Origin: Steroidobacteraceae bacterium
GTDB lineage: Bacteria; Pseudomonadota; Gammaproteobacteria; Steroidobacterales; Steroidobacteraceae
NCBI GenBank assembly: GCA_050738595.1
Contig: JBOHZR010000141.1
Span: 12,531 to 76,530, forward strand
Reading direction: 5' to 3'
DNA length: 64,000 nt
Shown here: positions 9,678 to 19,254 of the stretch, one piece after another
Layout: each line of letters begins with the position of its first letter
How positions within the stretch are numbered: position 1 is the stretch's first letter
Made by a program: the position numbers and the translations under genes
Notes under the pieces: model-generated
What the model was told of the DNA's origin: nothing
The model's input: only the letters and a program-made list of their open reading frames with translations
Database searches by the model: none

Positions 9678-10637
9678 TTATCCGTTTTGCTCCGCTCTCC
9701 GAGGGAGCAGACCACTTGTTACCAGCGATATCCACGCACGTACGTGAAGAGGCCAAGCTGCGATGCATCGCATGAATGCGTACGTGGCACGTCGCCTGTT
9801 TCCGGCGCGCCAGTGCATATTCCCAAACGTATACCATTCGCGAGCGATGCGCTTGCGCATGCGAAATAAAGACGTGGTCCTCCCATCCGGCCCAGTCCGG
9901 CCCCAGCGCTGAAGCGCTCGCTCGAGCACTAGAGACGGGAAGTTCTGTTCCATGGGCCGCTGAATACTGCTCGCCGCATGTACGCGATATGCGGACAAAA
10001 CTGCGTCGAGCTTGTGGATAGGAGTGACACGTGAAGCCCGCAGCCAATAGTCATAGTCTTGGCCTCGCAAAAGAGCCTCTTCGAACAATCCGATCTGCGC
10101 GACCAACCTTCTGTCCATCACGACGGTCGTCGTGTGCACGATGCAATCGAGCAACAAGTCGCTGTATATCCAGCCGGAGTGCGGCAGATAGAGGGTTTCG
10201 GTCCCGTCGCAACCCTCGTCAATTTGAGGACAAGGCTCGTCCTGCCTCCATTCCCGCCACCGGTTTGAGACGAGCATGACATCTGGATGTTTACTCAAGT
10301 ACGCAACCTGCCTGCGCAACTTCTGAGACGACCATACGTCGTCTGCGTCCAGAAACGCGAGGTATTGTCCACGGCCCTCGCGGATTCCTACATTCCGGGC
10401 TGCCGCCGCACCTCTATTTGTCTGCCGGATATTGCGAATCTTGTCGTGATAGCTCCTCAGAATTTCCGGACTCGAATCGGTCGATCCGTCATCGACCGCG
10501 ATCACCTCGATAGATAGATAAGTCTGCGCGAGCGCGCTATCGATCGCTTCCCGCAAGTATCTGGCGCCGTTGTAGACCGGCAAGATAATCGAAACAAGCG
10601 GATCTTCTGCCATTCCGAGCCCGCCGAAAAATTTCAT
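9678..10637 (-). CDS. family 2 glycosyltransferase
   Basis: 319 aa. VSIILPVYNG, VDDGSTD and FLDADD (DxD). Confidence 0.85.
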   Translation of the reverse strand: MKFFGGLGMAEDPLVSIILPVYNGARYLREAIDSALAQTYLSIEVIAVDDGSTDSSPEILRSYHDKIRNIRQTNRGAAAARNVGIREGRGQYLAFLDADDVWSSQKLRRQVAYLSKHPDVMLVSNRWREWRQDEPCPQIDEGCDGTETLYLPHSGWIYSDLLLDCIVHTTTVVMDRRLVAQIGLFEEALLRGQDYDYWLRASRVTPIHKLDAVLSAYRVHAASSIQRPMEQNFPSLVLERALQRWGRTGPDGRTTSLFRMRKRIAREWYTFGNMHWRAGNRRRATYAFMRCIAAWPLHVRAWISLVTSGLLPRRAEQNG

Positions 10638-11023
10638 TCGAGCAGTGTTGAGCGACCGTAGGCTACATCAGTTGCCGGTCGCGGGCGAACCGGTCTCTGG
10701 CGGCTGGACGACTGCCGACCGTGAGCTTGTGATGGCGATCACATACTCCAGCATCGGCCGTGGTCATCTATCGGACTCCGCCGCGCTCCGGTACACTACT
10801 GACAAGCCGGCTCCGATAAATGCGAATCATCTGCAGTCGGCGGCCGATCTCCTTGAGCGGTTCGTGGTCGTGATCTGCGTCCCACAGTGTTCATCGGAAG
10901 TGTCGTGTGCGACATTACGGGCGTCCACCGCACCGATCGGAAATGAGCGCAGTGCGACACGAAGAGGTAGGCGGCCGCAGCGCGCGTGGCGCAGCGCCTC
11001 GAGAGGACGAATGCTCACGGAAA

Positions 11024-12070
11024 GTGCGCGCACGGCTGTTTTCCCTGACTGCAGATCATGACTATACGACCTGCTTTCACGAAGCTCTCGCGCGGATCGG
11101 GATCAAGGTAACTCCGGCGCAGTGGTCGGCGCGATGGCTCAGGACGGTGCGGCGTGGCGACGTCGTGAATGTCCACTGGCCCTCGTTTCTCTATTACGTC
11201 GCCACTTCGCGTCTGAGGACTTGGCTGCGCCTGGTGCGCACCGCGATCCTCTTGATTTTGCTGCGAGCGCGCGGCATCAGAATCGTGTGGACGGCGCACA
11301 ATCTCTACCCTCACGATGGGGGTCGCGCGCTCCTCGCCCACAGAATCGCACGCCGAGTCGTCGTTGCCATTTCGTCCGAAATATGCGTGCATGGGCGTAC
11401 CGCCGCCGAGCAGGTCGGGCGTGAGTTTGGGGTATCCAAAGACAAGCTCGTGCTGATCGAGCACGGCAACTGGATAGGGTTCTATCCCAATGAGGTCTCC
11501 AGAGAGTCCGCCCGCGCCAGCCTCGGTATCGCCGCGGACTCGTTCGTATGTTTGTTTTTTGGACTGTGCAAACCCTACAAGAATTTGGAGCACCTGGTAC
11601 GGAGCCATCGTCGACTGCGCGATGATTCCCTGCTATGGATCGTAGGACGATTCCAGTCGCCCGCGTACCGCACGTCGATTCTCGAGGCGGCGGCGGAGGC
11701 GGAGGCGCGGACCGGCAGTGTGACCATACGCGACGGGCTAGTCGACCGCAAGGACATCCAGATCTACATGAATGCCTGCGACGCGGTCGTTCTCCCTTAT
11801 CGGGAGATTCTGACCTCGGGCGCGGTAATGGTAGCACTCAGCTTCGGGCGACCAGTAGTTGCGCCGCGGATTGGCAGCCTCGTCGAGGTAGTCACCCCCG
11901 ATTGTGGCGTCCTGTACGATCCGGATGCAGAAGGTGCTCTGGTGGATGCGATACGAGCGGTGCAATCACGTCGCTATGGCCCCGAGCGGATCATGAGCAT
12001 GGCCGCGGGATTCTCATGGGATCGAAGCGCCGCGGAGTTCGCGCGGCGCGTGCTCGAACAGCGGCGTTAA
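11024..12070 (+). CDS. GT4-type glycosyltransferase
   Basis: ORF 10907-12070. The start is uncertain; GTG 11024 (VRARLFSL) is proposed. GT-B C-terminal region LPYREILTSGAVMVALSFGRPVVAPRIGSL. Confidence 0.65.
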   Translation: MRARLFSLTADHDYTTCFHEALARIGIKVTPAQWSARWLRTVRRGDVVNVHWPSFLYYVATSRLRTWLRLVRTAILLILLRARGIRIVWTAHNLYPHDGGRALLAHRIARRVVVAISSEICVHGRTAAEQVGREFGVSKDKLVLIEHGNWIGFYPNEVSRESARASLGIAADSFVCLFFGLCKPYKNLEHLVRSHRRLRDDSLLWIVGRFQSPAYRTSILEAAAEAEARTGSVTIRDGLVDRKDIQIYMNACDAVVLPYREILTSGAVMVALSFGRPVVAPRIGSLVEVVTPDCGVLYDPDAEGALVDAIRAVQSRRYGPERIMSMAAGFSWDRSAAEFARRVLEQRR

Positions 12071-12151
12071 CGATGACCCAACTCTCGGATTTCGCTCGCA
12101 AATCGGAATAGGCTGCAGAGATTTCTCGCGGATCGAAAGGGTTACCCGGCC

Positions 12152-13774
12152 ATGAGCGAGCTTCTGTTCGAGCTGGTCCTGCGCTCCGCGGATCGCAGTG
12201 CGGATGCGCCGAGCCTATCTCACAAGAATCGAACGCTGAACTATGGCGCGCTCGCATCGCAAATCGAGAGTTTCGCACGCGGCTTGCTCGATCTGAACCT
12301 CGCGCGGGCCGATCGCGTCGCGGTCTATCTTCCCAAGCAGCCCGAAACGGTCGTCACGATGTTTGGAGCGGCCCGGGCGGGTTGCGCATTCGTTCCTGTG
12401 AATCCCCTCCTCAAGCCGGAGCAGGTCGGCCACATCCTGCGCGACTGCAACGCGCGCGTTCTCGTGACATCACCCGAACGAAGCGCGACGCTCGCCACCA
12501 CGACCGCGGCCTGTCCCGACTTGCGCCACGTCGTCCTGGTCGCGGGCCGGGACGGATCCCCTCCGGGGGCGAGTGGGGCTGACCGAGCACCGGGCAATTC
12601 CCCTGCCGCGCATCCTTGGAACGCTTTGCTTATAGATGGCCGGCCCCTGGCTGGTCATCGAGTCATTGACACCGATCTCGTGTCGATCTTTTACACATCC
12701 GGAAGTACCGGCAGGCCAAAAGGCGTCGTGCTGTCGCATCAGAACATGGTCACGGGCGCTCACAGCGTCTGCCAATATCTCGGCAATGTCGCCACGGACC
12801 GGCTTCTCGCGGTGCTGCCCTTCAGCTTCGATTATGGCTTCAGCCAGCTCTCCACGGCGTTTCATGTCGGCGCGAGTGTTGTGCTGATGGATTACCTCCT
12901 CGCCGGTGATGTCGTCAAGGAGATCGCCAAGGACCGCATCACGGGTCTGGCGGGCGTGCCGCCGCTCTGGAGCCAGCTCTGCGATCTCGAGTGGCCGGAC
13001 GCGGCACGCAAGAGCCTGCGGTATTTCACCAATTCAGGCGGTGCGATGCCGCTTGCCGTGCTGCGCAAGTTGAGAGCCTCCCTGCCCGACACACAGCCAT
13101 TTCTCATGTACGGACTCACGGAAGCGTTTCGTTCCACGTACCTGCCGCCCTCGGAGGTCGACCGGCGGCCCGAGTCGATGGGCAAGGCGATACCGAACGT
13201 CGAGGTGCTCGTCGTTCGCCCCGACGGTTCACTGTGCGGTCCGAACGAGCCTGGAGAGCTCGTCCACCGCGGTCCGCTGGTCTCACTCGGCTACTGGAAT
13301 GACACGCAGAAGACCGGGGAGCGTTTCAAGCCGGTGCCGAGTCAGAACCCCGCCCTCCCCCTCACCGAGATCGCGGTATGGTCGGGAGACACCGTCCGCA
13401 TGGACGACGAGGGGTTCTTATATTTCGTAGGTCGGCGCGACGAGATGATCAAGACCTCGGGCTATCGCGTCAGTCCCACGGAGATCGAGGAGATCCTGTT
13501 CGCGACCGGTCTCGTCGCAGACGTGGTGGCGGTAGGCGTCTCACACCCCACGCTCGGCCAGGCGATTGCCGTCGTAGCAACGCCTGCGCCGAGTGCCGCA
13601 GCCGATACGGATAACCTCCTCGAGACGTGCCGGCGACAGCTCCCCAGATACATGGTGCCTCACCACATCGACTGGCGCGATTCGATCCCGCGCAACCCGA
13701 ACGGCAAGTACGACCGGCCCAGATTGGCTGCCGAGCTCGGCGGAATTTTCGGTTCCAAGGGAAAAGGCGCATGA
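12152..13774 (+). CDS. acyl-CoA ligase (AMP-forming), exosortase A system-associated type, copy 1
   Basis: 540 aa. IFYTSGSTGRPKGV, SFDYGFSQL and WSGDTVRMDDEGFLYFVGRRDEMIKTSGYRVSPTEIE. ATGA start/stop overlap with the downstream decarboxylase. Confidence 0.8.
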   Translation: MSELLFELVLRSADRSADAPSLSHKNRTLNYGALASQIESFARGLLDLNLARADRVAVYLPKQPETVVTMFGAARAGCAFVPVNPLLKPEQVGHILRDCNARVLVTSPERSATLATTTAACPDLRHVVLVAGRDGSPPGASGADRAPGNSPAAHPWNALLIDGRPLAGHRVIDTDLVSIFYTSGSTGRPKGVVLSHQNMVTGAHSVCQYLGNVATDRLLAVLPFSFDYGFSQLSTAFHVGASVVLMDYLLAGDVVKEIAKDRITGLAGVPPLWSQLCDLEWPDAARKSLRYFTNSGGAMPLAVLRKLRASLPDTQPFLMYGLTEAFRSTYLPPSEVDRRPESMGKAIPNVEVLVVRPDGSLCGPNEPGELVHRGPLVSLGYWNDTQKTGERFKPVPSQNPALPLTEIAVWSGDTVRMDDEGFLYFVGRRDEMIKTSGYRVSPTEIEEILFATGLVADVVAVGVSHPTLGQAIAVVATPAPSAAADTDNLLETCRRQLPRYMVPHHIDWRDSIPRNPNGKYDRPRLAAELGGIFGSKGKGA

Positions 13775-15009
13775 GTGTAGATGCCTTCGTCCAGCACGCG
13801 CCACACCCGTACTACGAGGTGCACGACGATTGCCTCACGATCGACGGGCGATCGCTCCTCGAAGTCGCTGCCCAAGCTGGCGGCACACCCTTCTACGTCT
13901 ATTCACGAGAATACATGACGACGCGCGTCCGGGAGCTGCGCAGCACGCTCCCGGAGGGGATACATCTGCACTATGCAGTCAAGGCAAACCCGATGCCCGC
14001 TGTGGTGTCGCACATGGCCGGGCTCGTCGATGGATTGGATGCGGCCTCAGCCCGCGAGGTGCAATTGGGACTCGACGCCGGAGCGCATGCTCGGTGTATC
14101 AGCTTTGCCGGACCAGGTAAGACGATCCTCGAGCTGGAGCAAGCGGCCGCTGCCGGCATCGTGGTCAACGTCGAATCCGAGCGCGAGATCAAAATATTGG
14201 CTGACGTGGGCCGGCGGTCTACTAGTAAACCGCGTATCGCCATTCGCGTGAATCCGGACTTCGAGCTGCGAACATCCGGAATGAAAATGGGCGGTGGCCC
14301 GAAGCAGTTCGGGATCGATAGTGAGCGAGTCCCCGAGATCCTCGCCGGGCTCGCTGGCCTGCCATTGGAGTTCGTGGGGTTTCACATCTTCAGCGGCTCG
14401 CAGAATCTCCGCGCCGATTCGATCGTCGAGGCACAGCAGAAGGCCGTTGATCTTGCCATCCGCCTCGCCCGGCGTGCCCCAGCGCAAGTTCGCCTGCTCA
14501 ACATCGGCGGGGGCTTCGGGATTCCGTACTTCCCGGGCGACCAGCCGCTCGAAACCGCCCCGATCGCGGCCAATTTGAAGCGCCTGCTACCTGCGGTCCG
14601 GCAACATCTGCCCGATGCGCATCTCGTCATCGAGCTCGGCCGTTACTTGGTAGGGGAATGCGGTCTCTATGTGTGCAAAGTCATCGATCGAAAGGTCTCC
14701 CGCGGACACACGTTCCTCGTGACGGACGGCGGTCTGCACCACCACCTCGCGGCTTCCGGCAATTTCGGGCAGGTAATTCGTAAGAATTACCCCGTGCTCA
14801 TCGGAAATCGCGTTCGTGGATCGCAGCGAGAGATCGCCTCCGTAGTGGGACCGCTCTGCACGCCATTGGACTTGCTCGCGGACCGGATGGACCTCGCGGT
14901 GGCGGTGGAGGGCGACCTCGTCGCTATCTTCCAGAGCGGCGCGTATGGGCTAACTGCAAGCCCGCTCCGATTCCTCGGACATCCGGAGCCAATCGAGCTC
15001 GTGGTCTGA
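13771..15009 (+). CDS. PLP-dependent decarboxylase (Orn/DAP/Arg decarboxylase fold), exosortase A system-associated type, copy 1
   Basis: ORF 13627-15009 trimmed to the ATG at aa 49 (MSVDAFV), which overlaps the ligase stop. PLP-lysine motif YAVKANP, GGGFGIPY and ELGRYLVGE. Confidence 0.85.
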   Translation: MSVDAFVQHAPHPYYEVHDDCLTIDGRSLLEVAAQAGGTPFYVYSREYMTTRVRELRSTLPEGIHLHYAVKANPMPAVVSHMAGLVDGLDAASAREVQLGLDAGAHARCISFAGPGKTILELEQAAAAGIVVNVESEREIKILADVGRRSTSKPRIAIRVNPDFELRTSGMKMGGGPKQFGIDSERVPEILAGLAGLPLEFVGFHIFSGSQNLRADSIVEAQQKAVDLAIRLARRAPAQVRLLNIGGGFGIPYFPGDQPLETAPIAANLKRLLPAVRQHLPDAHLVIELGRYLVGECGLYVCKVIDRKVSRGHTFLVTDGGLHHHLAASGNFGQVIRKNYPVLIGNRVRGSQREIASVVGPLCTPLDLLADRMDLAVAVEGDLVAIFQSGAYGLTASPLRFLGHPEPIELVV

Positions 15010-15060
15010 AGACAGGATGCCGCCGCCAGCGCTTCCGCCCACCGACTCACCGAAGCGGTC

Positions 15061-16374
15061 TCACATCGCCGGCGAATGCGTGCGTGCCGGAACCTGTGCA
15101 GGAAGGTCCCGCGCCGTTTGCGTGTCCTTCAGCGCAAGCTCCACGTAAACGATCAAGAGACTGATGAACCAGACACGAACCTCGAGCTTCGGGTACTGGA
15201 CGAAGAGGTCACCGATCGTGATCGCTGTCATTGCAGCCGCGAGCGCGGGCAAGGCGGCCACCGGGAAACGCCCCAGGGTCGGTCCCTTTCGGGCGGCGAC
15301 CCGCAGCGTCCGGTACGTCCACATGAGCAAAGCAACGTACAGCACTGCGCCCGGTATTCCCTGGTCCACCAGCATCGTCATGAAAGTGTTGTGAGACGCG
15401 CGCTCCCCACCGGTGAGAAGCTGCTTAGCAATGAATTGAGGGCTCAGGAAGCTTGTACACATGTGGCCGCACCCGAACGGATGCTCCTTGAACATCAGCC
15501 ACTGTGCCCGGATGATGTCGAGCCTTCCGCCACCAGTATCGATCCCGGGAATATCCGCGCCCTCGTATTCGATCGTCTGCATCCTGTTCCAGTATCCCGT
15601 GGTGGTGAGTGAGAGGAAGCAAAGGACGCCGATCACGGATAACACGGCAACTCGCTTCCTGTACCCCTTCGGCGCGAAGATGTTGTAAACGAACAGCGCG
15701 CCGGCGGCAGCGAGAAAGCCGCTTCGGCTGACGGTCGTGACGATTCCATCTGCAATCAGCGCGATGGGTGCCAGCAGCGCGATTCTGCTGCGCCACGTGC
15801 CCGCGAGAAAGAGTGACCCCGCGAGGATCAATCCGATTACGAGCTCGAGCGCCCCCGCGTTGGCCTCACCGAAGCTGCCGGTTCCGAAACCCTCGAATCG
15901 TCCGCCGGAATATTGCGTGTAAGCGAGCCATCCGAGATAAAAGCATCCCAGCACTTGCATCCACAGGAACATGCGAAAGTGATTCCATGAATCGATGCAC
16001 CCACAGATCATGATGCAGACGATCAAGAACTTGACCCACGTTTGCACAAGCTGCCCGTGGGAGATCGGATCGAGCGCCCACGAGGATTGAATCACAATCC
16101 AGATCGTGAAGACTACGAAGCCCCAGAAAGCCCGACTTCGAAAAATGGCCAGGGACCGGAATTGCACCTTATGCACGTACATCGCGAGGAGCGTGACTGC
16201 GGCCGCCACGAGCTCCCATCGCACGCCCTGCAGCAGAGTCCCCCACCATTGCCCCGTGGGATCGATATAAAGCGCGGCGACGTACGTGAGCAGCCCGTAG
16301 ACCGGATGGCGCGTGAACGCCATCCAACAGCCCACCACGAACCCCCCGAGAAAGAGCGCCGCCGAAAATGACAT
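15061..16374 (-). CDS. O-antigen ligase/Wzy-like polytopic membrane protein (exosortase-locus O-glycosylation ligase type)
   Basis: 437 aa with many hydrophobic spans and a Wzy_C-like segment, TVSRSGFLAAAGALFV. Confidence 0.7.
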   Translation of the reverse strand: MSFSAALFLGGFVVGCWMAFTRHPVYGLLTYVAALYIDPTGQWWGTLLQGVRWELVAAAVTLLAMYVHKVQFRSLAIFRSRAFWGFVVFTIWIVIQSSWALDPISHGQLVQTWVKFLIVCIMICGCIDSWNHFRMFLWMQVLGCFYLGWLAYTQYSGGRFEGFGTGSFGEANAGALELVIGLILAGSLFLAGTWRSRIALLAPIALIADGIVTTVSRSGFLAAAGALFVYNIFAPKGYRKRVAVLSVIGVLCFLSLTTTGYWNRMQTIEYEGADIPGIDTGGGRLDIIRAQWLMFKEHPFGCGHMCTSFLSPQFIAKQLLTGGERASHNTFMTMLVDQGIPGAVLYVALLMWTYRTLRVAARKGPTLGRFPVAALPALAAAMTAITIGDLFVQYPKLEVRVWFISLLIVYVELALKDTQTARDLPAQVPARTHSPAM

Positions 16375-16756
16375 TCACAAACCCCCTTTTGCGCTCCGTC
16401 GTTACGTCCTGGACCTCGACATAATGCGGGCCGACCGCACCTTGAATTTAACATGACCATCATGCGCCCGCGTCGATTCTGCGACGCCCCCCCCGTTTGA
16501 CGCGCTCGACTCCGATCGAATGTGCTACGGATCACAACTTCCAAACGCCGACTTCACCGACGAGATCTCCGTATTAGTCTCCACCGGACGTTGTGCCGCG
16601 AGTTCCCTATCGAGGATGCCCGGCGCGAGCGTGACGCGCACCACATTCTCAAGACATCCGATTCCAAAGTTCGACACGCGCCGTCGCCTCACAACGACAG
16701 CTTTCGCTTTGGCTTAGCAGGTAGCATCATAGCGATGGAAGTCAGGAGATCCTGCT

Positions 16757-17977
16757 ATGAGACGACGCGAATTCCTTGCAGGCACCCTTGGAACGCTTGG
16801 GACGTCGGGGCCGGTTATCACTATCGCAGCGAGCACGCCCTGCCCGCCTCCTACCGTCGCCCTGACCCGAAGTGCGGCCGTCGGAACCCCTTGCGCGTTG
16901 CCCAGCAGCGCTTCGCCCGAGTGGCTGAAGGGCGCGGGCGTCTACCAGTGGATCAATCTTCCCTCGTTGAGTGCCTCGAGCGTTCTGCCGAACCCGCTGC
17001 CACCGGGCATCACCGGCGTCGCCTCGGTAACCGACGCGTGGGGTGGTGGTGCATTGCGCCAGAACGGCAGCTACTACATTCTGCATGGTGGTGGGCACGG
17101 CGATTACTCGGGCAATGAAATCTACGTATTGCAGCTCTCGCTGGATAACCCGCAGTGGGTTCGCATCTGGGGACCCACGCCGAATGCGCAGATCGTTCAA
17201 GATCAATACTATTACAACGATTCCCCGCCCTCGCCGGCCTCCGTTCACACCTACTACTCCCTGATGTACGACGATCAGGATGACGTATTGATGCGGTTCA
17301 TGAAAGGACAGTACACGCTTCCGGATTACACTGGCGGAATTGACGGCATAAAATGGGGCGCGGCAAGCTGGGAACAGAATCAGAAAAATGCGATCTGGCC
17401 GCTGCCGCCCCCCTCATTCCTCTTCAGCAACGGGCAGTGCAAAGACGGGAATGGCAACGTATACATGGTCAACTCGTGGAATCGATTCATGTGGAATCGC
17501 CAAGCGAACTCCTGGTCCACGCCGATTGCCAAGTCACCTTATGCGGTGCAGTCCTCCGGATGCTGTTTTGACTCTAAGCGTGGCGTCGTGTGGTCTTTTG
17601 GCGGCAGTTACGGAGGCGGCTCGATCCACGCCGGCAAAGCCTATTCGTGGAACGTGCAGAACAACTCCGAAGCCTTGATCACACTTAGCGGCCCCAACGC
17701 AGGCGCCATAGACGGGGTCAACGCCAATTTTTCCGGTGCGGTGTACGACCCGATAATCGATCTCGTTTTCGTGATGCCGGGTGACGGTTATATCTATTCC
17801 TTCGATCCGATGACTTATAGGGTGACGCAAATCGTGACCACCGGACCGGCACTACCCCAGACGAACGCAAGCAGCGGCACAGCCCCCTGGAACAAGCTGC
17901 AGTACGTGCCAGAGCTCGGCGGTGTAGTGATTCAGCCCCTGTGGAAGGCGCAGACGTTCTTCATGCGTACGCATTAG
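16757..17977 (+). CDS. Tat-signal secreted protein of unknown function (beta-propeller-like by eye)
   Basis: AGGAG about 10 nt upstream. MRRREFLAGTLG twin-arginine signal and an STPCPP-x13-TPC module after the signal. Gly/Trp-rich strand-like repeats (LHGGGHGDYSGNEIYVL, VWSFGGSYGGG). Confidence 0.55.
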   Translation: MRRREFLAGTLGTLGTSGPVITIAASTPCPPPTVALTRSAAVGTPCALPSSASPEWLKGAGVYQWINLPSLSASSVLPNPLPPGITGVASVTDAWGGGALRQNGSYYILHGGGHGDYSGNEIYVLQLSLDNPQWVRIWGPTPNAQIVQDQYYYNDSPPSPASVHTYYSLMYDDQDDVLMRFMKGQYTLPDYTGGIDGIKWGAASWEQNQKNAIWPLPPPSFLFSNGQCKDGNGNVYMVNSWNRFMWNRQANSWSTPIAKSPYAVQSSGCCFDSKRGVVWSFGGSYGGGSIHAGKAYSWNVQNNSEALITLSGPNAGAIDGVNANFSGAVYDPIIDLVFVMPGDGYIYSFDPMTYRVTQIVTTGPALPQTNASSGTAPWNKLQYVPELGGVVIQPLWKAQTFFMRTH

Positions 17978-17991
17978 CGCTTGCGGACGTA

Positions 17992-19254
17992 TCAGTTGAA
18001 TTCTGTGATCGAGTGCGGGCGCCGTCCGAGGACTGCGACGCCATCGCGCACGACGATCTCGGCTGGCGTGCGTCTTCCGAGGAACAGTATCGGACTCGCC
18101 GTGAGACCGTAGCTCCCGGAGTGAAGCACGCCGATAAGGTCGCCGACCTCCGGGGTGGGCAAGGACACATCGACCCCCAGCAGGTCCGTCGGGTTGCAGG
18201 ACGGACCAGAGATCGTGCAGGTCGCAACCTGTGCCCCGGGCCGGCTCAGATTACGGAGCGCGAACTGTGTTCTCAGCACCGCCCCGAAAGTCCCGGCCGC
18301 GGCAAGGTGATGGTGCAGACCACCATCGAGCACGCAGAATTTTTTGCCGCGGCTGCTCTTGAGCGAGATGACCCGGGCAACATAGATTCCTACATCGGAG
18401 AGCAGGAAGCGTCCGAGCTCGAACAGCACTCGTCGGGGCCGGGCCGACGAGTCGCGAAACGCTCGCAGCATCGGCACGAGCGAGGAACCAACCTGCGCGA
18501 GCGGCAACTGTCGCGACTCGTCCGAGTGGGACGCGCCAAAGCCTCCCCCGAGGTTCACCGTCGCGCAGAACACGTCCGTCCCAGCACCCTCGACACTCTT
18601 TACGAGGCGCAGAGTTCCATTGACCTCTTCGACGATGCCCTCCGGCTCGAAGCACTGGCTGCCCGAATACACATGCAGTCCCCGAAAGTCGAGGTTCGCG
18701 AGATTCTCGGTGACCACTCTGACCGCGCCCGGCAGATCTTCCTCGTCGATGCCGAATTGCGTCGCCCGACCGCCCATTTTGAGCCCGAAGCTGCGGTTCA
18801 AACGGAGCGGGTTGACCCGAAGACCGATGGGTACCCGCCGGCCCGCTCTATGGCCGAGGGCGACGCAGTCCTCGAGTTCGCGGTGAGACTCGATGCTGAT
18901 GCAGCCGACTCCCGCCTCCATGGCAGCGGACAATTCCTCGACCGACTTGGCGGGACCGGCGAAACTCAAGCACTCTGGTGCATAACCCGCAAGCAGAGCC
19001 TGCTCGAGCTCGCCGGCGGACGAGATGTCGAGACCATCGACGGTCGCGCGAATCGCCTGCAGAAGCTCGAGGTTTGGATTTGCCTTGACGGCATAATATA
19101 CGGAGACGAGCCCTTCAAAGGCCGCACGGACCTGCTCGACGCGCGAGCGCACGACATCTGCATCATAGAGAAAGTACGGCGTGCCGTACTGCCGCGCTAA
19201 AGCCTGAAAGTCGTACGCCATCGGACTTCCGGCTGGCGAAGATCGTCCACTCAC
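17992..19254 (-). CDS. PLP-dependent decarboxylase (Orn/DAP/Arg decarboxylase fold), exosortase A system-associated type, copy 2
   Basis: 420 aa. The start is either GTG 19254, overlapping the upstream stop, or ATG 19221. YAVKANP, NLGGGFG and ELGRFLLSD. Clear paralog of 13771-15009. Confidence 0.85.
   Translation of the reverse strand: MSGRSSPAGSPMAYDFQALARQYGTPYFLYDADVVRSRVEQVRAAFEGLVSVYYAVKANPNLELLQAIRATVDGLDISSAGELEQALLAGYAPECLSFAGPAKSVEELSAAMEAGVGCISIESHRELEDCVALGHRAGRRVPIGLRVNPLRLNRSFGLKMGGRATQFGIDEEDLPGAVRVVTENLANLDFRGLHVYSGSQCFEPEGIVEEVNGTLRLVKSVEGAGTDVFCATVNLGGGFGASHSDESRQLPLAQVGSSLVPMLRAFRDSSARPRRVLFELGRFLLSDVGIYVARVISLKSSRGKKFCVLDGGLHHHLAAAGTFGAVLRTQFALRNLSRPGAQVATCTISGPSCNPTDLLGVDVSLPTPEVGDLIGVLHSGSYGLTASPILFLGRRTPAEIVVRDGVAVLGRRPHSITEFN

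Noticed and set aside
17941-19200. 419-aa plus-strand ORF
   Set aside because: It is antisense to the PLP decarboxylase paralog (YAVKANP, GGGFG) and has no motif of its own.
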